A stretch of 62,670 nt of DNA, the filler included, from Folioceros fuciformis (lineage: Eukaryota): assembly GCA_049999805.1 (NCBI GenBank). It is 4 parts of 4 records of this genome, joined end to end, with 100 filler letters (N's around TTAATTAATTAA, not from the genome) between each part and the next. Parts side by side here need not be neighbours in the genome. Positions count along the whole stretch, not along the records: positions 20,503 to 36,471 come from JBNGIO010006368.1; positions 36,572 to 57,891 come from JBNGIO010006369.1; 2 more parts are not named here. The stretch is one strand, 5' to 3'. A program made the translations under genes and the position numbers. The notes beneath the pieces were generated by a model that was given only the letters and a program-made list of their open reading frames with translations, did no database searches and was not told the DNA's origin. Positions 26,715 to 39,126 of the stretch are shown piece after piece. How positions within the stretch are numbered: position 1 is the first letter of the stretch; every line of letters starts with the position of its first letter.

Positions 26715-29700
26715 GGCCATCTCACAGCAAGCAACGAAGAGCAATATGCAAGCTGATGAGATTGCTAACCTGAAGGAGCAGTTGGCACTGCTCAAATCCC
26801 CTCAACCCTAGAGTGGGCATTACAACTCCAGCATCGTTCATGGTTGCAGTAGCGGATCAGACTTCAGATCGCCTGCAGGACAAGGACAGGCTTTCGCCTC
26901 ACAACTACGATGCATGGAGTTTTAGGGTACATTGTATCCTTGAAGATAAAGGTCTCATGGATATTGTAGAGGGCACTATTCCGAAAAGAATTACAGGAGA
27001 GGATTCAGGCAAGAAGGATACGCAAGGAAATGTCATCCCTTGGACAACGATAGAAGACGTTGCTTGGCATAAACTGGATAGGAAGGCCAAAACTATATTA
27101 GTTGCTTCTGTTTCCCAAGAGATGATCCCCCATATCAAGTTGACGAAGCTATCTGCAGAAATGTGGACGCTGCTATCAGAAACATATGAATCAAAAGACA
27201 TAATGTCAGAGGTAGCAGCAACGCAGCATTTCCAGTCACTGAAGATGAGGGAGAATGATTCAGTTGAGAGTCATCTAGCCAAGTTTCGTGCAGCAAGGGC
27301 AAAACTGGCTTCCTGTGGTGTTATCATTTCTGAATCAAGAGCAGCAGTGCAACTGTTAGCCTCATTGCCTCCTAGCTATGAACAGTGGAGTTCCAGCCAA
27401 CAGGCTGCCGCTGTTCAAGTACCTGCAACATCAACTACACCTGCCACTTCTAGCCTTACAGTTCAGAAGTTAGTCGGTGCCTTGCTACAGGCTGAAGCCA
27501 GTCGGAAAATAAGCAAGGGTGGATCCAGTTCTTCTCACAGACAGAGTGATACTGCACTCTTTACCGGTCGTGGCCGAGGACGAGGTGGATTCGGACGAGG
27601 TCGAGGACAAGCGTTCTCATCTGGTTCTGGCTCCACACTGTTTGCAGGGAAGAAACCAGGCGTCTGTAATTATTGCAATAAGCCTGGGCATTGGATCAAG
27701 GATTGCAGGAAACGAAAAACAGATGAAGGAGGCAGATCAAAACCAGGTGAAGCAAATGTAACAGGAGTTGCACGCTCGTCCACACCTGGCTTCTTGGTTA
27801 CATGTCTCACCTCTGTATCCAAGAATTCACATAGGTGGTTCCTGGATAGTGGAGCATCTAACCACATGTGTTCCCAACGAAAGTACTTTGCTACCTATCA
27901 GACATCACCATAGTGTCAAGGTCATGCAGTGGTACTTGGAGATAACTCTCAGCTTGCAATTAAGGGATCTAGGAGTATCACAGTTCATTTGCACAATGGA
28001 GACTTGCTGCAACTTGAGAATACTTTGCATGTACCAGCTTTGACTAAAAACTTGGTCAGTACTATGGTCTTATGCAGAGAAGGAAGGTACAGAGTTACCT
28101 TTGAAGGGACGGAGTGTGTTGTGTCACATCTATCCACTTCCATGGTGGTTGCTCGTGGTAAACCACTGTATGATTTGTACCTACTTGACTTCTTTTCAGT
28201 GACTCCTCTGCAACAGCCCACACAGCAAATGTTAGACCGTCACTTAGCAATGCATTTCGGTGGCATTGCCGCTTGGGCCATCCCAACTTACAAGCTATGC
28301 GGAGGCTACTTAAGGAGAATATGGTCACAGGGTTCAGTGAAACAGACTTACCGGCCTTGGAGCTGTGTGTGGCATGTGTCCATGGTAAGCAATTCAAATC
28401 TCACTTTGGCAGTGAGAGACCACGGAAAGCTTCAGATACCCTTGATTTGGTGCACACTGACATATGTGGACCAATGTCTACTCCCTCATGGGGAGGTGCA
28501 CGATACTTTGTAGTATTTGAAGATGATCGTACTCACTTCACTGTATATGATTTGTTGAAGCATAAGAGTCAAGTGTTTGACAGTTTCAAAAAATATCTTG
28601 CCTATGCTGAGAGACAGACAGGATACAAGCTGAAATGCATTCGTTCTGATAACGGCAAGGAGTACCTGTCACAAGCATTTCAGGAGTTTTGTCAGGAGCG
28701 TGGCATTACTCATCAGCTTACTATCCCATATCACTCCGATATGAATGGTCGGGCAGAGAGGAGACATCGAACAATACAGGATGCAGCCAGATCACTACTG
28801 TTCCAGGGGAGGTTGTCAATCAAATTCTGGGCAGAAGCTGTGCAGGTTGCAACTTACCTTCAAAACCGGATTGCTGTTTCTTCTCTCCCTGGTGGAACAC
28901 CATTTGAAGCTTGGACGGGAGCTAAGCCAGATGTTTCACATCTTTGTACCTTCGGCAGTATTGCGTATGCACATGTTCTTGACAAGCTAAGACGTAAGTT
29001 CGACTATAAATCGAAACGACATATCTTTATTGGGTACACTTCAGGCATTCATGGTTATAAATTGTTCGAACCTGAGTCACGTAGAGTGGTGTATGCCCGT
29101 ACTATCGTGTTTGATGAGAGAATGGTCTTACAAACTTCTGATCCTGGTTTGGAAGATGTCGCTGATGTAATAGATGCTGTAGAAGATCCTATACAACATC
29201 CCTCAGATGTGTCGGATGTTGCTGAATTTCCTGTGTCAGATCCATCTTATGTAGATGTCTTACCAGTTGTTGATGCAGAGGATGGCCCCGAGACCCCTGA
29301 TCCAGAGCCTTATGTTGATGATGGTCATGTCCCACAGCCACCTGGTCCCCTTCTCGCTCCCGATATTTCTGACACAGAGTCTGTTCCTCAACAACATGAT
29401 CTAGAGTCAGATCCTGAAGTCGAGGGTGTCGATCCTTCGTTTGAAGATGAACTTGGTCAGTATGAGGATGAGCCTATTATACCTGAGCCTGCTCCAGCAC
29501 CTGAAGTCCCCCTTCCTCGTCGTTCAGCTCAAGTACATCATCCTCCTGATGATTGGGTTGAACGTCCATATCGTAGTATTGATTGGCGATCCAGTCATGA
29601 TGACAGACCAGTTCCTCGTCCTCTTGGTTCTGGTCCTGGTGAGTTTGTAGTTGATGTCGTTCATGGAGTGAACCTTACGTCAACCCTGATCACGAACCAC

Positions 29701-30080
29701 AAACCTATCAAGAGGCTATCACATGTCCTGAATCCATGTTCTAGAAGGCCGCCATTCAATCTGAAAATGACTCTTTGATTGCCAACAATACTTGGGAGTT
29801 ATGCCCTCCGCCTCAGGGGAGAAAGATAGTTACCTCCAAGTGGGTCTTCAAGTTGAAGTATAAGGCTGATGGCACAATCTCCCGGTATAAGGCAAGACTT
29901 GTTGCTCGTGGATTTTCTCAAGTTCCAGGTTTGGACTATCATGAGACATTCTCTCCCGTGGTGAAATCACAGTCACTGTGTGTACTCTTCTCCATGTCAG
30001 CATTCTTTGGCCTGTTCATCCACTAGATGGACGTTAAAACTGCATTCTTGCATGGCAAACTGGAAGAAGAACTGCCTGGG
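26715..30080 (+). mobile_element. Copia element C: relative of A and B, 5' end lost at the D insertion or gap, truncated inside RT
   Basis: Tail of the upstream ORF (DEIANLKEQLALL, stop 26811), gag ATG 26840, CCHC knuckle, DSGAS and an integrase closely similar to B. RT start WVFKLK...KARLVARG breaks off after FLHGKLEE. Several stops and frameshifts. Confidence 0.9.
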
Positions 30081-30750
30081 GACTAGTTGCGCACTTGTCT
30101 GCTGGCTGCCTAGCCACCGATCCACCCAAGCCTGGCTCCCATGATCCCGCCATCAGCTGCTCCTGGCCTGTCTGGCCAGATCCGGTTAACCACCTGGATC
30201 CTCCTGCAGCCAATTGGCTAAGCTGCCGACCAAGATCCCCCACTCGCGCCAGCCCCTGTCTGGCTCCGGCCTGCGCAACCGCCTACCTACCAGCCGCCAG
30301 CCAGCCTGCTGGGCTGCTTGCTCCCGTTCAACCCTATTTCTAGACATAAGGAGGACTCATGTGGTCTGCATGCTTTGTCAAAAGGCTGATGAACAAGAGG
30401 CATTCAGCAACTTGCCTCTCGAGGCCCATAATTTCACCAAAACATCCCTGACCTTCTCACGTCGCCTTGCCCTAGGGTTCCACACTCCTCAATATCCCTG
30501 ACCCCAAAAGGAGCCCAAGCCCATTACCTTTTGACCACAATCACTACTTAGACCCTAACCATCCCACCTAGCCCAATCCCCTAATTTTTTCCCATAAACT
30601 TTAACCAAAAAAATAAAATAAAATAAATCTCTATCATTTTTCTAGGGAATCTATCTACCATGTGGACTCCACACATACATATAACGCTTGAACACAACAT
30701 CAATCATTCATCAGCTTGTATTACTTGTTAATGAAGATTAGGTTGCCAGC

Positions 30751-31990
30751 TCATGGCTTTTGTAACTTCACACAGTCTGGGCAAAACCAATCTTCTTATG
30801 GTACTTCTTCCAAGGATGGCTGTAGACAAAACAGGTGATACCCTTGATTGCAACAGTCGCACAAGAGCATGGCATCTTCTTCATCAATGCAACCACAAAT
30901 GCGGCATTCCAAGTCCTTGGGTGGTATCCAATTGCTAGGTCATAGCTTTGGATCTAGATCTGGCAAATGACAAGGAGCTAGGTTCTTCAAATGATCTTGC
31001 CACCTTCGTCCATTAGATCCCTCCAGCTCCACCACCTCAGTATCCTTGACAACAACCACCCGCAGAATTGTGCGCCCAACACTACTATCAAGTGTATCCG
31101 AAGGCACATTGAGCCAAGTATACGTAATAAGCAAGTTCAAATTAATGCACTTTGGGCTTCCAACTTCCTCCTTTTGTATGAGCATAGCGCAGTCTGTCCC
31201 TATGTTGTGCAATGGCCAACTTTTCCATTGCCACTGGCATTACATGCTAAAACAACATTGCTCGTCTTTGCAGCTCTCTCATGCAACCATCCACATCTTG
31301 CCATGATATTGGTCTTTCCATAGTAGCTTGCTGCACATTAGGCAATTGTGGATGTCTCCATAACAATAGAAACTATGGAGAAAAGTTGGCAAGCGTGGCT
31401 TGAGTGCTTACCTAATAGCCTAGCAACATGTATAGCACCACTTCATCCCAATCTTTCATGCTATTTTGCAAGCAATACTTCCATAGGGCACGCTTGACAT
31501 TTTGCACTCCCCTTTCAGCCAAATCATTTGCTTGCAGATGATCCTTGCTTGTGCAACAATGATCAATGAGCGCCTTCTCCATAAGCTGTTGAAATTCCCC
31601 TCTAAACTCTAATCCCTGATCCGTCACTACTTCAGCAGCACATGCACCAAACCTTGGCAACACCTGCAAAAATGCCATTTTTGCAGGTGTTGTCTTTCAT
31701 GAGAAGACAACAACTTCAATCCATTTGGAGAAGTACTCAATCATCAACATCATGTGACGATTTCCTCGCGACGTCCTTGGGAATTCCAGCAACAAGTCAA
31801 CTCCCCACTTGTAGAACAATCCTCTTATAGGTAGAGAATGAAGCACCACACCATTTGCCATGAATCTTGCCTTGATTTGATCACATGATTCGCACCTGGC
31901 AACAATCTCCTGCACTTGCTTGTACATGCCTGCCCAACAATATCTTGGCATCAACATGCTCAACGTGCGTTTGACACCAAAATGATTTGC
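30751..31990 (-). mobile_element. Degenerate Ty3/Gypsy integrase with C-terminal PHD finger
   Basis: Integrase motifs YCWAGMYKQV...CESC, WGVDL, IEYFSKWIE, VTDQGLEF, AERGVQ and LAPCHLP. In the same frame follows CRICGCIDEEDAMLLCDCCNQGYHLFCLQPSLEEVP*EDWFCPDC (C4HC3). Confidence 0.85.
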
Positions 31991-33179
31991 TCTTGTTAGG
32001 CTTCATTGGGCTTGAAGGGATTTGGAAGTAGCTAACTCTAGTCGCAATCTGTTCGAGTAAGACCACTGGCCCGTATTCTTACCTGGGTGTCTGGCCGAAG
32101 CTCCTTGGAGTAGAAGTGCAGCGTCAGATGGTCAATAATGTACAAAAAGTGGGGAGCAAACGAAGGGGAGTATGCTTGGTGGATACGAGATGGAGTGGCG
32201 GTTGTAGCGGAGGGAGACAGGCAGAATGGTGAGCGAAGCTTGTTTCAAGCGACGAGGTGAAATTGATGGACTGGTGGGAATCATGCGACTTAGCTCGGGT
32301 GGGTACTGTGCTCCGACAAATTTACCTGGTGGAGTCATTGCAGTTGAAGGTTGCCAGGCTCGCTCCCTGTGGAGTCAAATGTTGTGTCCGGGGACACCGC
32401 GAGGCCCCCTTTATGTCGTTGTAGCCATGGGATTCGTTCCTGAGGGAATGATTTGTGCCAAGTAACACAAGTTTCTTCTTATACTGACTCTTACATAGGT
32501 CAGGCCTTATCTACCACCAGTTCTACTACTGACCACGCCCTACCACTACCCCTCAGTTAGCCTAACTATTGCGGGTCCCACTCTACGACTCAGGTCTCTA
32601 CACGATGGCCTCGGTCACGGTCTCCGCACCTACTAGTAACTTCCACGATCATGGTGGGGCCCACCCAAAACCCTAACTATATTTCCCCGGTGCATGCGCC
32701 GCCGCGGGTTTCCACCACGGGGTTCCGTCCAAGGGTTTTCAGACTCAGAGATCTGGTCTTATGGGATGCTCCACGCACATGCAACTGCTAATCCTTGGGG
32801 GACAAGACCCTGCAGATCAGCCATACTTTCCACACACACACACACACATGCAACACTCTCCATAAATGCAAAACACACCAGAAGCTTTGATGTACACTTA
32901 TTCCTCACAGGCCCGTCCTCAAGGGTCTTCGATCTTCTAGTTGCACCCACAAATCTCTAGCAAATCCTTCACAATCCCTCTCAAGGTTCAACGACCTCCA
33001 ATAGTCACTCACAAACACTTCGAAATTTCCCAGAAATTCTCCAGGAATCACATCCAACTTCTGCACTCTCTCTCAATCATCCGGCCACTTCTCAGCAGTT
33101 TTCTTCAGTTTTCCAGCAACCTTAGCAATCTTCCAGGGTCCTCCTTACTCTTTCAGCTCACTCTTCCGCAGCCAACAGC

Positions 33180-33690
33180 TCAGGGAATAAGGGAAGGAGA
33201 AACTCTCCCTCCACTCCGCGCAACGAGCGGATTCGTCCCCCTCTCCTCAGCTTATGGCCAATCAGTCTCCTCTCACACACTCACTCCTTCACCCTTCTCC
33301 TCCTTACTCACTCACTCTTCACTCAACCCTTCTCGCTCACTTCAACTCCTTATCTTCTCACATACGCTCTTCGACTCCTCGTCGTCTCACACACGCTCTT
33401 CTCCACGAGATTCAGAACGCAACCGAAGGGTCAAGGAATAAGGGAAGGAGAAGCTCCCCTTCCACTCCGTGCAGCTGGCGGATTCGTTCCCCTCTCCTTA
33501 GTTACGGACCACAGTCAATCGTTTAGGAAATAAAGGAAAGAGAAGTTCTTCTTCCACTCCACGCAGCTGGCAGATTCGTTCCTCTCACTTTCTACTGTAG
33601 AACACAACTAGCAATTCGAGGAATAAGAAAAGGTGACCTTCCACTCAGCAGGGAATTTGCTGATTCGTCCCCCTCACCATTCGCTGTGCA
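33180..33690. repeat. About four degenerate copies of a 60-90 bp unit (GGAATAAGGGAAGGAGAA...TCCACTCC...GATTCGT)
   Basis: The motif recurs near 33184, 33435, 33526 and 33620. Confidence 0.7.
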
Positions 33691-34569
33691 GCAAAGCTCT
33701 CGATCCCTCTTAGGAGCGTCATGCACACGATGCCCACCTAGACATCTCCAATCCAGCCACGAACAACACAGGAACCTTGGTCGGAAAGAGTCTCCAACAT
33801 TTGCTTATTAGTGAGGTACCAACAGGCCTCTTTGTAAACACGCTGGGCAGGATCGTAGCTGCCATTAAGTTCAGTCTCAAGCAGTCAAGCGCTCTTAATT
33901 ATGAGCGGCATCAAGTCCAAGAAAGAATCTTCACCAAATCTTAACTAAATGCTACTCTAAGATGCAATGAATTCTGGCCTATCCTATCACCGCGCTCGCC
34001 TCCTATCCGGCCTTTATGTACCCCTCCCCCGACCGCCAAACCCCCGGGCCCTCCTTCCTCTCCACTGGTCAGGCAAATCCTCCCATAAAACCTCTATCTT
34101 GCTCTCGCCACCGTCTGACTTCTCTTGTTGAGGCGTGGGTGGGGTCTGCCGAGGGGTCCTTCCCCCCACCTTCTAGCCACCTGTTGCTGAGGACCATCAT
34201 AGGTTTTTGCTCCACCCATGCCTGCACTTCTTCCTCCGTGAGTTCCTCCAAGACTGCCTCGAATAACAAGGAGGCAGTCCCCACACCCGGAAGTAGTGAG
34301 AGAAGCATCCCCCACAAGTCTTCAGTTATAGGCAGTAAGCCCTTGTCCCTCCTATTTCCACACACACATGGACAGTCAGGTTAAGTACACAGTCCCCATT
34401 CACATAAAGGCCAGGAACATAAGTTTTCTCATCCAGATGCTGTAATGCAATCTAGCCTCCTACTATAGATGAGGTGCTTATCCCCTCCTCCCGTGGGCTA
34501 CCCCGAACTGCCTGTCTTTTGCTCTCCAAAGGTACTGGGGAATCCTCCGCTCTTCTGGCGGTGTGTCAG

Positions 34570-34680
34570 AAGAAGCAGAAGCGGGGTGCTTGCCACACTT
34601 TTGGAAGGCTGGAACTATATAGCCATCGATCTGGAGCAGCGGCATACTATCTTCATCGAGCAAAGAATAACTGGGCCCGA
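34570..34680 (+). pseudogene. Possible SAM-dependent N4/N6 DNA methyltransferase fragment (motif I region)
   Basis: RSRSGVLATLLEGWNYIAIDLEQRHTIFIEQRI resembles the GSGS-x-LAA-x-LEGRN-x-I-x-ID C-terminal block of beta-class methyltransferases. Short and decayed. Confidence 0.4.
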
Positions 34681-36570
34681 GGTGTTTCCATTGGACCAAG
34701 AGGAGTTGACGACCAAGCCGCATGCTAGGGGCCACTCAATATTCTTTGCATGTGAGGTTGCAAGCGGAAGGTCGGTTAGACCAAGAGCTTAGATGCTGCA
34801 AATGGTGCATGAGAACACTACACCTCTGGATCTCCTTGAACTTAGCTAATCTTAAGGGCACGCAAAGAAGAAGAGCAAGGGGAAAGGAAAGGAGATAATG
34901 AACACTAAAGGTCAAGGACCGGGAAAGGACTGGAAGAACAGCCTGGGGATCAGCCTTGGGAGCTATATCATTTTGAGACATTCTCGAACAGGGCTTTGCT
35001 GCGAGGACACACTGACAAGCAAGAAGTGCCAAATATGGCGATGCACAACGAGGAGAGAGGAGATGATATTATTGTCCCCATGGCAAAACGACTAGAACCT
35101 CCACGGGTTCAAGGTTAGGAATTGTCAGTCGGTAGAATGGAAACTTGCTCAGAGTGAAGGCATGTACTTGAGTGCGACTTTGAAACTGCTCTACACGTCC
35201 CTAAGCGCGTATTTTGTAAAACCCTAAAGGACATTATGTGTTTGCCATGACCAGACCCCATGAAAACATTTGTTTCAAATACGGGGAAGGCTTGTGGTCG
35301 ACCATGACTAACACTATATGTGCGATATGGCATATTTTTGGGTTGTAAAGAGATGACCTCAACAACAACCCTATACCCTAAAACCCGCGGCATTCAAGGG
35401 GCTAGTACGCTTTCCGCATATGACCCTCTTCAAGTTGTTCCTTTTCATTCTCCTTGTCCTAATTCTCTTCTTTCAATAAAATATAAATTAAATATTAATG
35501 TTTGCACAAGTTCCACATTAATACTATCCTTTCATATTTCAATTCTTTTGTGAACGATATACTTCAAAATATAGAGCACTTTAAGATTATCTGAATGGAA
35601 AACAGAGAAGTCTTACCTTATTATGACTTGATATATAGTTGTTCTTACAAAAGTAAGAATAGAGAAGACGTGATGAAGTTCAAGCTAAAAAGTATTTTGT
35701 ATTCCAATGGATCAAAAGCTAAGCATTTGTTTAAATACATCAATACACATATTATATTTTATATGCAATGCTCATATATATCTAGATAATTATTTTAGGA
35801 TTTGATTGATTATAAATCTATATAAAATAATAGTATATATATATAAATATGTAAGATTAATATCAAATAAAAGGATATGTTTAAATGAGTCCTAGAAAAT
35901 GTATGTCGAGTGTATGAAAGTTGAGAGTTTTTTTTTTAAGGTTTTTTTGGGGTTTTGACCACTTTAAATAGTGTTTGGCTTTGATAACCCACAACCACCT
36001 ACCTGGTTGCGAGTACTGTCACTCACCCTACCCCGAACCTTACCTCTCTACATTGGCAGGAGTGCGGGCTTGCAACTCCATCTGTGGGGGTGGGGTTTGG
36101 TGCGGGCAGCAGGGAAGCTAACTCCGACTGCCTGCCGTGGAACCCTACCTAGATTCGTAGGACATGCGTGAGAGAGCAGCATTAAGAAGGCAGAGTTCTT
36201 GTGGGGGTGAATCCGTCCTTCCAGTCCACGTGTGTTTTCAACTGAGTAGGTCTGCAGTGCGGTGCTCCTGGCACTGGCGGAGGAAATTTGTTCGTGACCA
36301 GCTCCCTAGACAGAATGTTGTTGCTCTTTCATTTCCTTCGAATGGCCAGTTTGTTTCTCACGCTTTGCGCCTTGTTTTCTGATCCTCAGGAATACTTGAC
36401 ACGCCTTCAAGCTGGACGCTTGTTTCTATGCCCAGCTATCTCGATGATCCTTGCTTACCTTCCTTATGGTGNNNNNNNNNNNNNNNNNNNNNNNNNNNNN
36501 NNNNNNNNNNNNNNNTTAATTAATTAANNNNNNNNNNNNNNNNNNNNNNNNNNNNNNNNNNNNNNNNNNN

Positions 36571-37365
36571 NAATATCATATGCCGCTGAGAAGTTTCCTA
36601 CAAAGGTGCATAACATGATTTTCCTTGCTGGAATAATGCCAAAAGATGGACAAAGCTACTTCGACTCATTTTCGGCACCAGTAAGATATTCATGTTATTC
36701 TTGTCATTTTTAGAACAAAAAATAGATTGATGTAGATAATTTTGTTCTATATTGCTGATCTACTGGAAATATGAATAGCTACTTGGAGGTCAAGCAAGTA
36801 TGAAAGGTTTTGTTGACTTATGAAATCCTAATGACATTTTACTCTTGAATATGGTAGCTTTTCCCAAGAGTTTCTGGAGCTGAGCACTTGATTGTGAACA
36901 ATGATGCTTAATTGTGAACAATGATGCTACTGGAAGCCCTGTATTAGTGTCGGTAAATGTTGATAAAATTGGAGAATTCTTTTACAACAAATGTCCTCCG
37001 GAGGTACATCACCATGGTCACATTACACTAGTAGCCAAATTATGCACAATTTTTTATGTGATGCAAACTAATCTTTCTTGTATTTTTTAATACAGCATAT
37101 TATTTTAGGACAATCTCTTCTTGTCCTAACTCCCTACAAGCCAGCAAACGAGAAGTTAACGTTAACGGCAACAAATTATGGAAGCATTCCGAGATATTAT
37201 ATTCGTACTTCAGATGATTTGGGAATTAACTCTTCAGATCAAGACACCATTATTGCTGCTAATCCACCGACCGAAACAAGCTCTTTAAATAATAGTGACC
37301 ATGCAGCATATTTTTCAAATCCATCTGGTTTAGCATCTCTCATCAACGGATTTGCTACTAAGTAG
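36571..37365 (+). pseudogene. Methylesterase-like alpha/beta hydrolase, 3' part (duplicate of 56973-57766)
   Basis: No differences seen by eye from the right-hand copy, including the 20-bp duplication that creates a TAA. Begins at a gap edge. Confidence 0.8.
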
Positions 37366-37534
37366 AGTGTGTCATAACCATTTACCTATTGCCTTACCAT
37401 GGTAGTCTAAGATCATGTGATATGTGTAAGGATCTTTTTTTTTTCAATATTACACTACTAATTATTTTAGGCATAATGTAATGACAACCAAGAGATGTTA
37501 GTTCTCCACAACAGCTATTCTCTAGCAATTCGAT

Positions 37535-37733
37535 TCAGCCTATGGCCCAGACTTGTCTCTATTGTAGGTCCACCAATTTTACTTTAGCCTACGGCCCAAA
37601 CTTGTCTCTATTGTAGGTCCACCAATTTCACTTTAGCCTACGGCTCAAACTCATCTCCATTGTAGGTCCACCAATTTCACTTTAGCCTACGGCTCAAACT
37701 CGTCTCCATTGTAGGTCCACCAATTTCACTTTG
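37535..37733. repeat. Tandem minisatellite, about 50 bp x 4
   Basis: Unit approximately TTTAGCCTACGGCTCAAACTCGTCTCCATTGTAGGTCCACCAATTTCAC, repeated head to tail with no spacers. Confidence 0.9.
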
Positions 37734-38859
37734 AACGTACATATCGTAATAGTTTTCAGTCTCATCTATCTTGGTTGTCGCATGTGGTGGAAAAACCTTG
37801 GGCCTTTCTTCCAAGGTTTTAACCTCTAGCATCCACAATTATCACACTTTTGTTGAGACATTGTGTTTCATCCTAGAAAGAAGTAGTGGAGCTTCTCGAT
37901 GTGATGGATGAAGGCTCAACCTTTCTCGTCTCACAACTCTTAAGCAACTCCTGGCCTGTTCTTGTACCTAAGTGCCTGCCATACCTCGAACAGATAGTTT
38001 GGTCAGCTTTCTAGCCAAGCCACAAGCAATTCGCTAACTAACATTGAGTTAGATGCCTCCTATGGTCAGTCTTTACACCAACAACCTAGAACAATTTGCC
38101 GAACCTTAAGAACACCTACTAAGGATTATGTACCTACAACTTCCTAACTCTACGGACAGACTTCCCACCTTCCACAAAATTGATGACGGATTTGAGGGCT
38201 TCCATCCAACTTCGATCAGACATAGGACAAATTGCTTGTCCAATAATCTTCTACACAGTCACACTCTCTTTAGCAAACTCACTCACTCTTATCACTACAA
38301 TGACAACCAAATCACAAATCTACAACCATCTCTCACTCACCTCCTAAATCTACCACTAACTCTTCAACCTTGCACCAACAACATTACAAGGCTACTCTCT
38401 ATGCAATCCTACTAACGCCTTCTCCCATCACATGCTTCCTAAGTACACTAATCACTAAGAAAGAAAGAATGGAAGGAGACACACTCACTCCGTGACACCG
38501 GTTCCCACAACCTTACCTTTGAGGAGTGCATCAACTCGAGTATTGATAGGATGTTGTTCGGTGCTTGGCATTTCTAGAGGCTAAGCCCGTAGTTCATGTA
38601 ATTTTTAGCACAACTCTCGCCTGCCATAATCTGACTTTCCTTGTGTGAGGAACAAAAAAAAGGAGAGTTTACAATGGAATGGTGTTAGGTAACGTCTTAT
38701 GTAACCTTGATTACATTGTTCTTAGAAACTAACACATCCTTGGAAGTTCTTTAATATAAAAGATAGTTTGAAGCCGTGTATGTAGATACAGGTCTAGTAA
38801 TTAGTAAATGTTTACAAACGCAAAGTTAAATCTACAATCCCAAAGATAACCTATTAAGT

Positions 38860-39126
38860 TGGTGTGGCAAACATGTACTCTGGGTAGCAATTGTTTACAC
38901 GAATGTCTGCTATACCCTACCCAGGACACAATTCATCCAATAGGTTGATCATCAAATCTATAAGACAAGTTTTACATTGTTGCGGAGACTCCATTATTGA
39001 CTTTGGTGGATAACAATCTACTGCACCAGAAAATACATCTCCTTGCATCAAATATTTCAAATCGTATGTGTATGGGAGTTCATTAGGAAAGTAGATAAAT
39101 GCATTGTCAATCATATCACTAACCAT
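38860..39126 (-). pseudogene. Possible Gnk2/DUF26-like cysteine-rich remnant
   Basis: GAVDC...QQCKTCL...LCPG*GIADIRVNNCY resembles the C-terminal half of DUF26. Cys spacing is atypical and there is an in-frame TAG. Confidence 0.4.

Noticed and set aside
30640-30680. Palindrome TGTGGACTCCACA near CTAG as a Helitron 3' end (a similar hint lies near 35385-35406)
   Set aside because: The stem is short, the flanking base and spacing are imperfect, and no 5' TC end or Rep/Helicase was seen.
37535-37733. Regular 50-bp repeats as a CRISPR array
   Set aside because: The units are contiguous with no unique spacers, there are no cas genes and the context is eukaryotic.
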